Below are positions 55,615-64,000 of a stretch of DNA of 64,000 nucleotides, in pieces. Origin of the DNA: Oscillospiraceae bacterium. GTDB taxonomy: Bacteria; Bacillota; Clostridia; Oscillospirales; Oscillospiraceae. Position numbers and translations under genes: made by a program. The stretch spans positions 878 through 64,877 of the forward strand of contig JAFZSD010000025.1 in the NCBI GenBank assembly GCA_017619535.1, in the 5' to 3' direction. Under the pieces are notes generated by a model. The model was given only the letters and a program-made list of their open reading frames with translations. It made no database searches and was not told where the DNA came from. Positions within the stretch are counted from its first letter, which is position 1. Each line of letters begins with the position of its first letter.

Positions 55615-56153
55615 TGGCTGCCACACAGATCATCTTCGCCGGCTTCGGCGGACAGGGCATCCTGTTCTCCGGAAAGTTCCTCGCAAACGGCGCGCTCCTT
55701 GAGGACCGCCAGGTCAGCTGGCTTCCGTCCTACGGCCCGGAGATGAGGGGCGGCACCGCCAACTGCAGCGTCATCATCAGCGACATGCCGATCGGTTCGC
55801 CGATCGTTGCCGACCCCGACGTGATCGTAGTGATGAACAACCCGTCCTTCGACAAGTACGAGGAGCTCCTCGTGCCGGGCGGCAAGGCGTTCGTCGACTC
55901 CTCCCTCATCACGAGGCAGGCTGTCCGCACGGATATAGACGCGTATTACGTCCCCGCCACCAAGCTGGCCTCGGACAACGGGCTCGACGGTCTCGCCAAC
56001 ATGGTCCTGATCGGGAACCTTATCCGAAAGACCGGAGTCATATCCTGGGACAACGCCGAGACGCTCGTAAAAAAGATCGTGCCCGCGAAGCGCCAGGATC
56101 TCATAGAATTGAATCTCAAGGCCCTTGATATAGGCTACAACTGGGAAAACTGA
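55614..56153 (+). CDS. 2-oxoacid:ferredoxin oxidoreductase gamma subunit
   Basis: ATG 55614 (MAATQIIFAGFGGQGILFSGKFLA). Confidence 0.85.
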
Positions 56154-56168
56154 AAAGGAGTGACCGTC

Positions 56169-57233
56169 ATGGAGATCAAAATCACGAAAAACCCGAATCC
56201 GTCGCCCAAGACCCCGGCCGACAAGCTCGGCTTCGGCAAGGTCTTTACAGATCACATGTTCATCATGGAGTACGACCATGACAACGGCTGGCACGACGCC
56301 CGGATAGTGCCCTTCGGCAACCTCAGCGTCCACCCCGCCTCCACGGTCTTCCATTACGGCGCCGAGATCTTCGAAGGTCTCAAGGCCTACCGCACCCCCT
56401 CGGGCGCCATCCAGCTCTTCAGACCTCTGGAGAACATCCGCCGCATGAACAACTCCGCGGAGCGCATGTGCCTGCCCCAGCTCGACGAGGAGTTCGCGCT
56501 CAAGGCCCTGGAGACTCTCGTCTCCCTGGAAAAGGACTGGGTCCCCTCCGAGCCCAACACGTCCCTCTATCTGCGCCCCTTTATGTTCGGCAACGACGCC
56601 TTCCTCGGAGTGCACACCGTCAACAACTGCACTTTCCTGATCATAGCCTCCCCCGTCGGCAGCTATTACAAGGAAGGCCTCAACCCCGTCTCAATCATGA
56701 TCGAGACCGAAGACGTCCGCGCGGTCCGCGGCGGCACCGGCTACGCCAAGTGCGGCGGCAACTACGGCGCCTCCTTCCGCGCCGGCAAGAAGGCCGAGGA
56801 GAAGGGTTATTCCCAGGTCCTGTGGCTCGACGGCGTCGAGAGGAAATACATCGAAGAGGTCGGCGCGATGAACGTCATGTTCAAAGTCGGCGACGAGATA
56901 GTAACGCCGGCTCTCACCGGTTCCATCCTGCCCGGCATCACCCGCAAGTCCTGCATCGAACTGCTCCGCGACAGGGGCTACAAGGTCAGCGAGCGTCTGT
57001 TCTCCGTCGATGAGCTCCGCGAGGCCTGCGCCTCCGGAGCGCTCAAGGAGGCCTGGGGCTGCGGCACCGCCGCCGTCGTCTCCCCGATCGGTCATCTCGT
57101 CATCGGCGACGAGATCTTCACCATCAACAACAACGAGATCGGCGCCGTTACCCAGGAGCTCTACGATACGCTCACCGGCATCCAGTGGGGACGTCTTGAA
57201 GACAAGTACGGCTGGATCTATCCCGTAAAGTGA
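56169..57233 (+). CDS. ilvE: Branched-chain amino acid aminotransferase
   Basis: FGKVFTDHMFIMEYD..., YGAEIFEGLKAYR and YAKCGGNYGAS motifs of long-form class IV aminotransferases. Confidence 0.9.
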   Translation: MEIKITKNPNPSPKTPADKLGFGKVFTDHMFIMEYDHDNGWHDARIVPFGNLSVHPASTVFHYGAEIFEGLKAYRTPSGAIQLFRPLENIRRMNNSAERMCLPQLDEEFALKALETLVSLEKDWVPSEPNTSLYLRPFMFGNDAFLGVHTVNNCTFLIIASPVGSYYKEGLNPVSIMIETEDVRAVRGGTGYAKCGGNYGASFRAGKKAEEKGYSQVLWLDGVERKYIEEVGAMNVMFKVGDEIVTPALTGSILPGITRKSCIELLRDRGYKVSERLFSVDELREACASGALKEAWGCGTAAVVSPIGHLVIGDEIFTINNNEIGAVTQELYDTLTGIQWGRLEDKYGWIYPVK

Positions 57234-57278
57234 GTCCGGCCGGCCGCGCCGACAGGACCCGTTCAGGAGGACACAGAA

Positions 57279-57526
57279 TGAAGATCAACGCCAGATTCCA
57301 CTGCAAGGAGATAGTAGGGACCATCACCTCCGGCGAGTATGAGCTCCCCGAAGGCACCACGATCTCCGAATTCATAAAAGAAGCCGAACGTCTCGGCAAC
57401 TATACGCTGAGCGATGAGGAAAAGGACTTCATGGGATTCATGATAAACGGTCAGGGCGCTGACTGGAACACCGTGCTCCACGAGGGCGACATGCTGCGCG
57501 TGCTGTACAGGATCATCGGCGGCTGA
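57279..57526 (+). CDS. MoaD/ThiS-family ubiquitin-fold protein with C-terminal Gly-Gly
   Basis: ATG 57279 after CAGGAGGA. 82 aa ending ...RVLYRIIGG*. Confidence 0.6.
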
Positions 57527-57550
57527 CGCCGTATCCCTCTTAAACGAAAC

Positions 57551-57582
57551 GAGCCGGACAGATCATATGGTCTGTCCGGCTC
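57551..57582. terminator. Bidirectional hairpin between convergent genes
   Basis: GAGCCGGACAGA / TCTGTCCGGCTC. The T-rich run is on the minus-strand side. Confidence 0.6.
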
Positions 57583-57601
57583 TGCCGTTGTCTTCAGTTG
57601 T

Positions 57602-59482
57602 TCAGAAGCGCTCCCTTATCCTTCCCGGTTCGCCGACGGAATACCCTCCGACGGCCGCGACGCGCTCTCTGAAAGCGGCGCTGCCGAGGACCTCCAGCAT
57701 GCTCTGCACCATGGGGAGCTCCCAGGATGCGTCCGGTATGAGGAGATCGTACTGCTCCTCGCAGACAGGTATGAAGTCCAGTCCCTGCATCTCCGCGTCG
57801 AACCAGGCTCCCAGCGCGGCGTCGGCCTCTCCCGAGGCGATCAGCGCCGCGGCTGACATCCGGGTGAACTCCTCCCTGTCGAATCCCCGGAGGAGTGCCG
57901 TGTCTATCCCGTACTTCCCACAGAGCCAGCGGCACAGGATATACGTGCCGGAACCTTTCTGGCGGTTTACGTAGCGGATCCCTCCGGCGGCAATATCCGC
58001 GAAGGACCGCAACCCCAGAGGATTTCCCTTCTGTACTATGAGTCCCTGCAGACGGCCCACGCATTCCACGAGCCTCACTCCGCCCTTAGGGAAATTCTTC
58101 TTTACGAAATATGTGTTGTATCCGCCCGTTTCCTCGTCCAGCAGATGTATAGGGGCGACGTGGGCCTCTCTTCTGCGGATGGCCATTATGCCGCCCATGC
58201 TCCCCACGTTCGAGGAGCTCAGTCCATAGCCCCGGCCGGATCTCTTCATAAGATCGGAGAGCTCGTCCATGACCCTGTCGTGGCTGCCGGTCACGACGAT
58301 CATCCTCTCGAGCTCCTGCCTCGGAGTAAGGAGCCTCACGCAGACCTGAGTGCCGGTCCTGTATCCCCCGCATCCCTCCGGGACTTCCACTATTCCGTCC
58401 GCCTTCATGAACGAACTGACTATGCCGCTTCCGCGGCTGAGAGGAGATACCACGAGCCTTCCGTCGACGGAACCCGCCCGGACGCGCACGAACTCGCGGC
58501 AATTCTCATCGGAGATTATGGATTTCGAGAGCGTCGCCTCCGGGGTCTCGAAGGTGTGCGACATGTTGCCGCCGAGGATCTCGATTATCCCCTTGAGGAT
58601 CTGCTCCAATACGACTATCGCGGACACCGGATACTCCGGTATCCCGAGTATGGGCTTGGGACCGGAGCAGCCCAGAAGCGCGGGCCTTCCCGGTTTGATG
58701 GCTATACCGCGGCAGAACACCGTGCCGAGCCCAGACACCGCTTCATAGCCACCGGTCTCTCCTCCGGCGGACGTGAATCCCGACATCACGACTGCGTCGC
58801 AGCGCGACAGCGCCTCTCCGAGGGCTCTGCGGATATCATCCGGGCCGCCGTCCCCGCAGACGAAGCGTTCAGGCACGGCTCCCCAGTCGCTCAGCATCGC
58901 GGACAGTATGGCGTAATTGCAGCCTGCCGGCGTACCTGCGCCGGCAGGTTCGACCACGCCCACGACCGGTCTGCGGCACACCAGCACGCTGCCGACTCCG
59001 CTGGCCAGCATCGCGCCCACGGCGGCGGGACGGATATAGGTGAAGGACGGAAGTAGCATCTCGCCCTCGCAGACGTCCTCTCCGATCTGCCTGACGTGCT
59101 GCCAGGGAGCCGCCGGGCGGCAGAGCTCGATCCCGTCGGGGGCTTCGATCACGTCCTCCTCCATCACCACGCAGTCGCATCCGTCGGGGAGCCGATCCCC
59201 GGTGCTTACCGGACAGTAACGTTCCCGGGACAGAAAAACGGGCGCGGCTTCGCTGGCCCTGCGCACGTCTTCTGAAGCCAGCGCAACGCCGTCCATGGCG
59301 CAGGAGTGGCTGTCCGGCACGCTGGAACGCGCGTAGACGGCTTCAAAGGTCACGCGCCCGCAGGAGCCGGAGACGTCTATCTCCTCCGGAGACGGCTTCA
59401 TGCCGCCGGCCCGGAGGAGCGCATAATATTCGGTTCTTACCTCTTCAAGAGGTCTCGTCGCAAGTTGAGATAAAGCCATCAT
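57602..59482 (-). CDS. moeA: Molybdopterin molybdotransferase (MoeA) fused to a C-terminal periplasmic-binding-protein-like domain
   Basis: The SAMDGVAL-type motif (CAMDGVAL) and MoeA domain order cover the first ~400 aa. The last ~220 aa are PBP-like (GSHDRVMDEL...IRYVNRQKGSGT). Confidence 0.75.
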   Translation of the reverse strand: MMALSQLATRPLEEVRTEYYALLRAGGMKPSPEEIDVSGSCGRVTFEAVYARSSVPDSHSCAMDGVALASEDVRRASEAAPVFLSRERYCPVSTGDRLPDGCDCVVMEEDVIEAPDGIELCRPAAPWQHVRQIGEDVCEGEMLLPSFTYIRPAAVGAMLASGVGSVLVCRRPVVGVVEPAGAGTPAGCNYAILSAMLSDWGAVPERFVCGDGGPDDIRRALGEALSRCDAVVMSGFTSAGGETGGYEAVSGLGTVFCRGIAIKPGRPALLGCSGPKPILGIPEYPVSAIVVLEQILKGIIEILGGNMSHTFETPEATLSKSIISDENCREFVRVRAGSVDGRLVVSPLSRGSGIVSSFMKADGIVEVPEGCGGYRTGTQVCVRLLTPRQELERMIVVTGSHDRVMDELSDLMKRSGRGYGLSSSNVGSMGGIMAIRRREAHVAPIHLLDEETGGYNTYFVKKNFPKGGVRLVECVGRLQGLIVQKGNPLGLRSFADIAAGGIRYVNRQKGSGTYILCRWLCGKYGIDTALLRGFDREEFTRMSAAALIASGEADAALGAWFDAEMQGLDFIPVCEEQYDLLIPDASWELPMVQSMLEVLGSAAFRERVAAVGGYSVGEPGRIRERF

Positions 59483-60789
59483 TTCTCCTGACGCACGGGC
59501 GCCGCTCCTAAACTGCGCACCGGGATCTTCTTGTCGTATTCAAGGAACCTGAACGACATCTCGAAGTGGAGCAGGACATCCCTGTCCGAAAGCTGTATGC
59601 CGAGGATCTCCTCTATACGCTTTAAATGGTAGATGAGAGTGTTTCTGTGCAGATGCAGCGCTTCCGCCGCGTTCGTTATGTTCCGGAGGCATCTGAGGTA
59701 GACGTACAGGCTCTCCGTGAGCGCAGAGTTATGGTTTTCGTCGTACTCCATCAGTTCCATGAGTTTCGGATGAAGAAAACCGATCGGGTCGGCGCTGCCC
59801 AGGCATCTCTTCGCTATGTGGTAGATCGCATAGTTGTCATAGCGGTACATATACTTCTCTATGCCCATGTGCACCCCGATCGCGAGCGCCTCCATGGCTT
59901 CGAAATAATGCGTCCTCAGTTCGCTGAGCTTTGTAAAGCGGCGGCTCACGCCGCAGCGCATGTTGTTCTTCCGCAGAAAAGTGAGGACAGCCCCCATATC
60001 CCTGTCGTACTGCTCGTCGTCCCTGTCATAGTCGGCGAGCAGTATGATGTTGTCGTTGTATATGACTGCCCGCGCCCCGGCGATGAGGCTCTCGAGATAG
60101 TTCCTCACGTATGGTACGGATTCGACCTTCGAGTCGAATCCGCGTATGTCGAACGCCAGCACGTATATGAACTCCTTATGCCTCGGGGTGATGCTCATGA
60201 GACTGTCGGCCACCCGCTGCGGGTTCTTCGCGCTGCCCTCGAGCAGGCTCTCGATGAGCTCTTCGTGTGGCATGCCGCGCGTGTAACTAAGGAACTTGTC
60301 CTTCTGCAGTTCGGCGGAGACCGCGTCGCGCAGCATGAGCAGGATCGTCTCGTCCTCCTTCTCGAACGGACGGCTGTACTCGATCACCGTGACTATGGCG
60401 ACCGCACGCCCGCCGATGTGCACGCGCGTCATCAGCCTCCTGTATTTTGTTTCGTCTTCCCGCAGGAACACGGGCGATTTGGGATCGTCCAGCCTGGCGG
60501 CGAGGCCGTTTTGGACATTGTTGGTCACGACTTCCAGCGGAAGCGTGCCCGTCCGTGTGAACTCGGTCCAGAACATGTCGTCGGGTATGTCGATCGCAGG
60601 AGCATAGGCGATAGACTTCCAGCTTTTGTCGGAGAAGATGATCACCGGGTTCTCCAGCGCCTTGTGCCCGGCGTCGACGACGCTCTGCAGCCCGTGCGCT
60701 TTCGCGAGGGCGGAAAGCAGCGCTCCGGCGCACCTTGCCTCTTTTCCCAATACGGACGACCTTTCACTATCTTCGGTTTTTTGGGACAT
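59479..60789 (-). CDS. PucR-family transcriptional regulator
   Basis: C-terminal HTH AAEALHLHRNTLIYHLKRIEEILG. 4-nt overlap with moeA. The start is ATG 60789 or GTG 60807. Confidence 0.75.
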   Translation of the reverse strand: MSQKTEDSERSSVLGKEARCAGALLSALAKAHGLQSVVDAGHKALENPVIIFSDKSWKSIAYAPAIDIPDDMFWTEFTRTGTLPLEVVTNNVQNGLAARLDDPKSPVFLREDETKYRRLMTRVHIGGRAVAIVTVIEYSRPFEKEDETILLMLRDAVSAELQKDKFLSYTRGMPHEELIESLLEGSAKNPQRVADSLMSITPRHKEFIYVLAFDIRGFDSKVESVPYVRNYLESLIAGARAVIYNDNIILLADYDRDDEQYDRDMGAVLTFLRKNNMRCGVSRRFTKLSELRTHYFEAMEALAIGVHMGIEKYMYRYDNYAIYHIAKRCLGSADPIGFLHPKLMELMEYDENHNSALTESLYVYLRCLRNITNAAEALHLHRNTLIYHLKRIEEILGIQLSDRDVLLHFEMSFRFLEYDKKIPVRSLGAAPVRQEK

Positions 60790-61111
60790 TTTGCACCATC
60801 CCTTCACGGGCGCGGCGGATTGTTTGTGGTTTCTTACAAAAACTTTGTCTAAATTTTATCTTTTCCGCTCTGTGATGTCAACCGAAAATGTATTATAATA
60901 AGGGCGCGCAAAGGGAAAGAGTCATTATGGGCGATCTTCCATTCGGCTCGCGTTTCGATGATACAGCCAGTTATCACGGCGCGTCCGTGCGCTGCCGGCG
61001 GCCGGATCCCGGCAGCGTTTCTGGATGTCCGCCCGACCAAGTTCCTGTTTTCAGATACGTTTTCCGGACGTAGCTGAAAAGAAAGTAAAATTTTACTTAG
61101 GAGGCAAATCT

Positions 61112-62314
61112 ATGGAAAGCATTTATTGCGCACCAAACCCCATCCTCTTCGGTGTCGGCTCCTCCAAGGAGACCGGTAAGAAACTGAAGGAATTCGGATG
61201 CACCAAAGTCATTCTCGTTTATGATATGGGCATCAAGAAGGTCGGCGTCGTCGACAAGATCGACGAGATCATCAAGGCCGAAGGCATCGAGACTGTCTAC
61301 TATGACAACGTCCAGGCCGATCCTCCGATCTGGTCCGTCGAAGAAGCCGGCGCTCTGGCAGTCAAAGAAGGCTGCGACGGCGTCGTAGGCATCGGCGGCG
61401 GCAGCTCCCTCGATACCGCAAAGGGCACGAAGCTCCTCATCACCAACCCGCCCCCGCTCCGTCAGTATTTCGGCCGCGTCGGCGTCGTGACGAAGCCCAG
61501 TGTTCCCCTGATAGTCATCCCGACCACCGCCGGCACCGGCAGCGAGTGCACCCCCGGCGGCGTCATCACCGACACTGAGAAGAACATCAAGACCAACATC
61601 GCCGGCACCGGCTGCACCGTCACCCTCGGTATAGTCGACCCCGAGCTGACCGTCGGTCTGCCCAGATTCATCACCGCCTACACCGGTTTCGACGCTCTCG
61701 GACACTGCGCCGAGGCTTACACCTCCAGGCTTGCCAACAGCATCTGCTCCTGCATCGCCCGCGAAGGCATCCAGCTCATCGGCAAGTACCTCGTCCGCGC
61801 CTGCAACGACGGCACCGACATGGAAGCCCGCGCAGGAATGTCCCTTGCGGCTTCTCTCGGCGGCATGGCCATGTCCGGCCCGTACTGCCACCTGCCGCAT
61901 GACATCGGCCGTTCCCTCGGCACGAAGTTCCATGTTCCTCACGGCAACGGCTGCTGCGCCACCCTGCCGCAGGTACTTCAGATGATCGCCGGCGTCAAGA
62001 CCGAAGAGGTCAAGTTCATAGCCGGCGCTCTCGGCAACCCCGTTCCCGACGGCGCTTCCGTCGAAGAGATCGGCAAGTACGCTTACGATGCAGCTCTCAA
62101 GCTCATGAAGGACACCGGCGTGCCCAGCCTCCAGGATCTCAAGCTCAACCTTGACGATCTGCTCCGCGAGGTCCCGGCCGAGGTCGTCATGCAGATGGAT
62201 ATCTTCAAGAAGCTCGGCTTCGGCGTCTGCACCTGCCCGCTCGACATCACCGAGAAAGATGTCGCGGACGTCCTCACCAGAGCATACTACGAGAACCACT
62301 TCCCGAAGGAATAA
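61112..62314 (+). CDS. Iron-containing (group III) alcohol dehydrogenase
   Basis: ATG 61112 after AGGAGG. GIGGGSSLDTAKG, IPTTAGTGSE and metal-binding His-rich region (HCAEAY, HLPHDIG, HVPHG). Confidence 0.85.
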   Translation: MESIYCAPNPILFGVGSSKETGKKLKEFGCTKVILVYDMGIKKVGVVDKIDEIIKAEGIETVYYDNVQADPPIWSVEEAGALAVKEGCDGVVGIGGGSSLDTAKGTKLLITNPPPLRQYFGRVGVVTKPSVPLIVIPTTAGTGSECTPGGVITDTEKNIKTNIAGTGCTVTLGIVDPELTVGLPRFITAYTGFDALGHCAEAYTSRLANSICSCIAREGIQLIGKYLVRACNDGTDMEARAGMSLAASLGGMAMSGPYCHLPHDIGRSLGTKFHVPHGNGCCATLPQVLQMIAGVKTEEVKFIAGALGNPVPDGASVEEIGKYAYDAALKLMKDTGVPSLQDLKLNLDDLLREVPAEVVMQMDIFKKLGFGVCTCPLDITEKDVADVLTRAYYENHFPKE

Positions 62315-62349
62315 TCACTTAAAAACATCTCAGCATAACTAGTACGAAT

Positions 62350-62385
62350 ACTGCGGGCCGGAGGGCATTTCTTCCGGTCCGCAGT
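62350..62385 (+). terminator. Hairpin between the ADH and the glycyl-radical enzyme gene (possible attenuator)
   Basis: ACTGCGGGCCGGA...TCCGGTCCGCAGT followed by an A-run, then CTGCTTTTTT. Confidence 0.4.
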
Positions 62386-62422
62386 AAAAAAACTGCTTTT
62401 TTCAAAAAAGGGGGTCTCCAAA

Positions 62423-64000
62423 ATGGCAGCAACTATCAAATATCCCGTATCTCCCGAGGCGATAAAGGAGATAAAGAACGTAAACGTCCTCACCCCCCGT
62501 CTCCAGAAGCTGAAGAGCGACTGGGAAAACGCTGAACCTCAGGTCTATGTCGACGACACTCTCCTGTTCACGGAATCGTGGAAGGAGACGGAAGGCCTGC
62601 CCATCGACATCCGCTGGGCAAAGGCTTTCGAGAAACGTCTTCTTGAATGCCCGATCGTTCTCCGTGACGGGGAGCTCCTCGCAGGTTCCCTGACAAAATT
62701 CATCCGCGGCAACGGCACTCTCTGCGCCATGAAGCCGAAGGAAATCCTCAAGATGTGCCAGTCCGGCAAGTTCGACCGCAAAACGAGCGACACCGCCTCG
62801 AACGCGATCGATCCGGAAGATCTCCGCCGTCTCACCGAGGACGCGGAATACTGGATCGAACACATGCCCCCCGAGACCGTCAACAAGGCCATTGAGCTCG
62901 AGATGGGCCCCGGCGTGTTCGACCTTCTCTTCGACCGCGGCATGATCTTCGAGGGTCGCGGCGTCCGCTACACGATGGACCGCGGTCTTTTCCAGAACTA
63001 CAGCGCCTACGGCGGCGGCGTCGCCCAGGTAAGCGACAAATGCATCGCCCACGGGCTCAACTACGTCATCGACCTCTGCAAGAAAGAGCGTGCCCGCATG
63101 CTCGCGGAGGGCGACAACGAGAACAGCCACGGTTCCGCACAGTTCATGCGCAAATTCTGGCTGCTTAAATCTTGCATAATATCGTGTGAGGCGTTCATCG
63201 CCTACGCGAAGAGATACGCCGATCTCGCCCGCGAGCAGGCTGCGGTCTGCAGCGACGAGACCAGAAAAGCCGAGCTCATCCGCATAGCTGAAGCCTGCGA
63301 GCGCTGCCCGGCCGAACCTCCCCGCACCTTCTTCGAGGCCATCCAGTGCGTCAGGCTCTATCACCTGGTCTGCTGGAAGGAGAGCTCCGACCGTCCCGAG
63401 GTCCCGGTGGGCCGTCTGGACCAGATCCTCTATCCGTACTATAAAGCGGACAAGGAAGCCGGAAAGGTCACCGCGCAGGAGGCTGCTGAGCTCCTGGGCG
63501 CCCTGTGGCTCAAGATCCGCGAGTGCGAGAACCTCGTCACCATCCCCCGCGAGCAGCGCGCCGCTCCCGGCTCCCTGCTCCCGAACATAACGATATGCGG
63601 CGTCAACGAGAAGAATGAGGAGCTGACGAACGAGATCTCCTGGCTCATCCTCGAGGCGATGGCTCAGATCAAGCTGTCCGAGCCCGCGATCTACATCCGC
63701 TACACCCCGGAGATGGATCCCGAATTCATACGCCACGCCATCAACTGCAACATCGCGTTCGGCGGCGGCAACCCCGCCTTCCTGAACGACAGGCTCGGCA
63801 CCCAGCGCTACCTCGACCGCGACGTTCCTCTCGAGGACGCCTGCGACTGGTGCGCATCCGGATGCCTGGGATATCATCTGGCCTGCATGGAGCATCTGGG
63901 CGGAGGCCACAACCTCAACCAGCTCAAGATCCTGGAGCTCGCTCTCAACGACGGTTTCGATCCCCGCACCCAGAAGCAGCTCGGTCCCCATACCGGTGAC
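62423..64000 (+). CDS. Glycyl-radical enzyme of the PFL2/glycerol-dehydratase-like family, N-terminal 526 codons; continues past the right edge
   Basis: Own translation from ATG 62423: MAATIKYPVSPEAIKEIKNVNVLTPRLQKLKSDWENAEPQVYVDDTLLFTESWKETEGLPIDIRWAKAFEKRLLECPIVLRDGELLAG... The frame is open to position 64000, so it is absent from the ORF track. The track's minus-strand ORF 62402..63991 is its antisense shadow. Confidence 0.8.
   Translation, partial: MAATIKYPVSPEAIKEIKNVNVLTPRLQKLKSDWENAEPQVYVDDTLLFTESWKETEGLPIDIRWAKAFEKRLLECPIVLRDGELLAGSLTKFIRGNGTLCAMKPKEILKMCQSGKFDRKTSDTASNAIDPEDLRRLTEDAEYWIEHMPPETVNKAIELEMGPGVFDLLFDRGMIFEGRGVRYTMDRGLFQNYSAYGGGVAQVSDKCIAHGLNYVIDLCKKERARMLAEGDNENSHGSAQFMRKFWLLKSCIISCEAFIAYAKRYADLAREQAAVCSDETRKAELIRIAEACERCPAEPPRTFFEAIQCVRLYHLVCWKESSDRPEVPVGRLDQILYPYYKADKEAGKVTAQEAAELLGALWLKIRECENLVTIPREQRAAPGSLLPNITICGVNEKNEELTNEISWLILEAMAQIKLSEPAIYIRYTPEMDPEFIRHAINCNIAFGGGNPAFLNDRLGTQRYLDRDVPLEDACDWCASGCLGYHLACMEHLGGGHNLNQLKILELALNDGFDPRTQKQLGPHTGD

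Noticed and set aside
62402-63991. 529-aa minus-strand ORF, the only track ORF covering the right end
   Set aside because: The plus strand has an uninterrupted frame from ATG 62423 to the window edge with a clear glycyl-radical-enzyme N-terminus. The minus ORF is its antisense shadow.

Overview
64-kb window from a high-GC Gram-positive anaerobe. The lineage guess (Clostridia-like) is an inference from content: three T-box leaders, ECF transporters, the anaerobic cbi cobalamin pathway, a 2-oxoacid:ferredoxin oxidoreductase and a glycyl-radical enzyme. No rRNA, tRNA, CRISPR array, integrase or transposase is visible. The window has two parts. (1) About 1-11,000 is visibly AT-richer accessory DNA with a repeated, cassette-like layout. 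A conserved leader/promoter block occurs three times: two copies drive a ~100-aa acidic protein, and a 3' relic of that gene is a third gene copy. The blocks alternate with convergent cargo operons. Cargo A is an ABC-type ATPase plus a miniature Toprim-like protein (AbiL/PARIS/OLD-like defence candidate). Cargo B is an HTH-Fic protein plus a DUF2971 protein. Next to these lie a MYG1 exonuclease plus HD-domain CCA-adding enzyme pair bracketed by 14-bp direct repeats, and two AAA+ ATPases. (2) About 11,100-64,000 is GC-rich core DNA. It holds a cobalamin-riboswitch-controlled cbiA-C-D-F-G-H-(J/E/T fusion)-cbiB-cobD-cobQ operon. A divergent second B12 riboswitch drives two surface lipoproteins, one of them CbiK-like. 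Then come membrane/M20 peptidase genes, a MATE-GHKL fusion, a Na/Pi transporter, a second MATE, an XRE membrane regulator, an ECF sigma/anti-sigma pair and a T-box-controlled sodium:solute symporter. An orphan Card1/Can2-like CARF-nuclease follows, then an ECF transporter operon with unusual extracytoplasmic partners, then asnA, purC and an EamA transporter. Two tandem T-box leaders (specifiers read as Ile AUC and Val GUA) each drive an HTH-cupin-acyl-CoA-synthetase fusion, followed by a P-loop ATPase, a four-subunit 2-oxoacid:ferredoxin oxidoreductase, ilvE and a MoaD/ThiS-like protein. The window ends with a MoeA-PBP fusion, a PucR regulator, an iron alcohol dehydrogenase and a partial glycyl-radical enzyme. 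All calls come from reading the sequence and the ORF translations. No database search, covariance model or folding was run. Family names are motif-level recognitions and GC statements are by eye.
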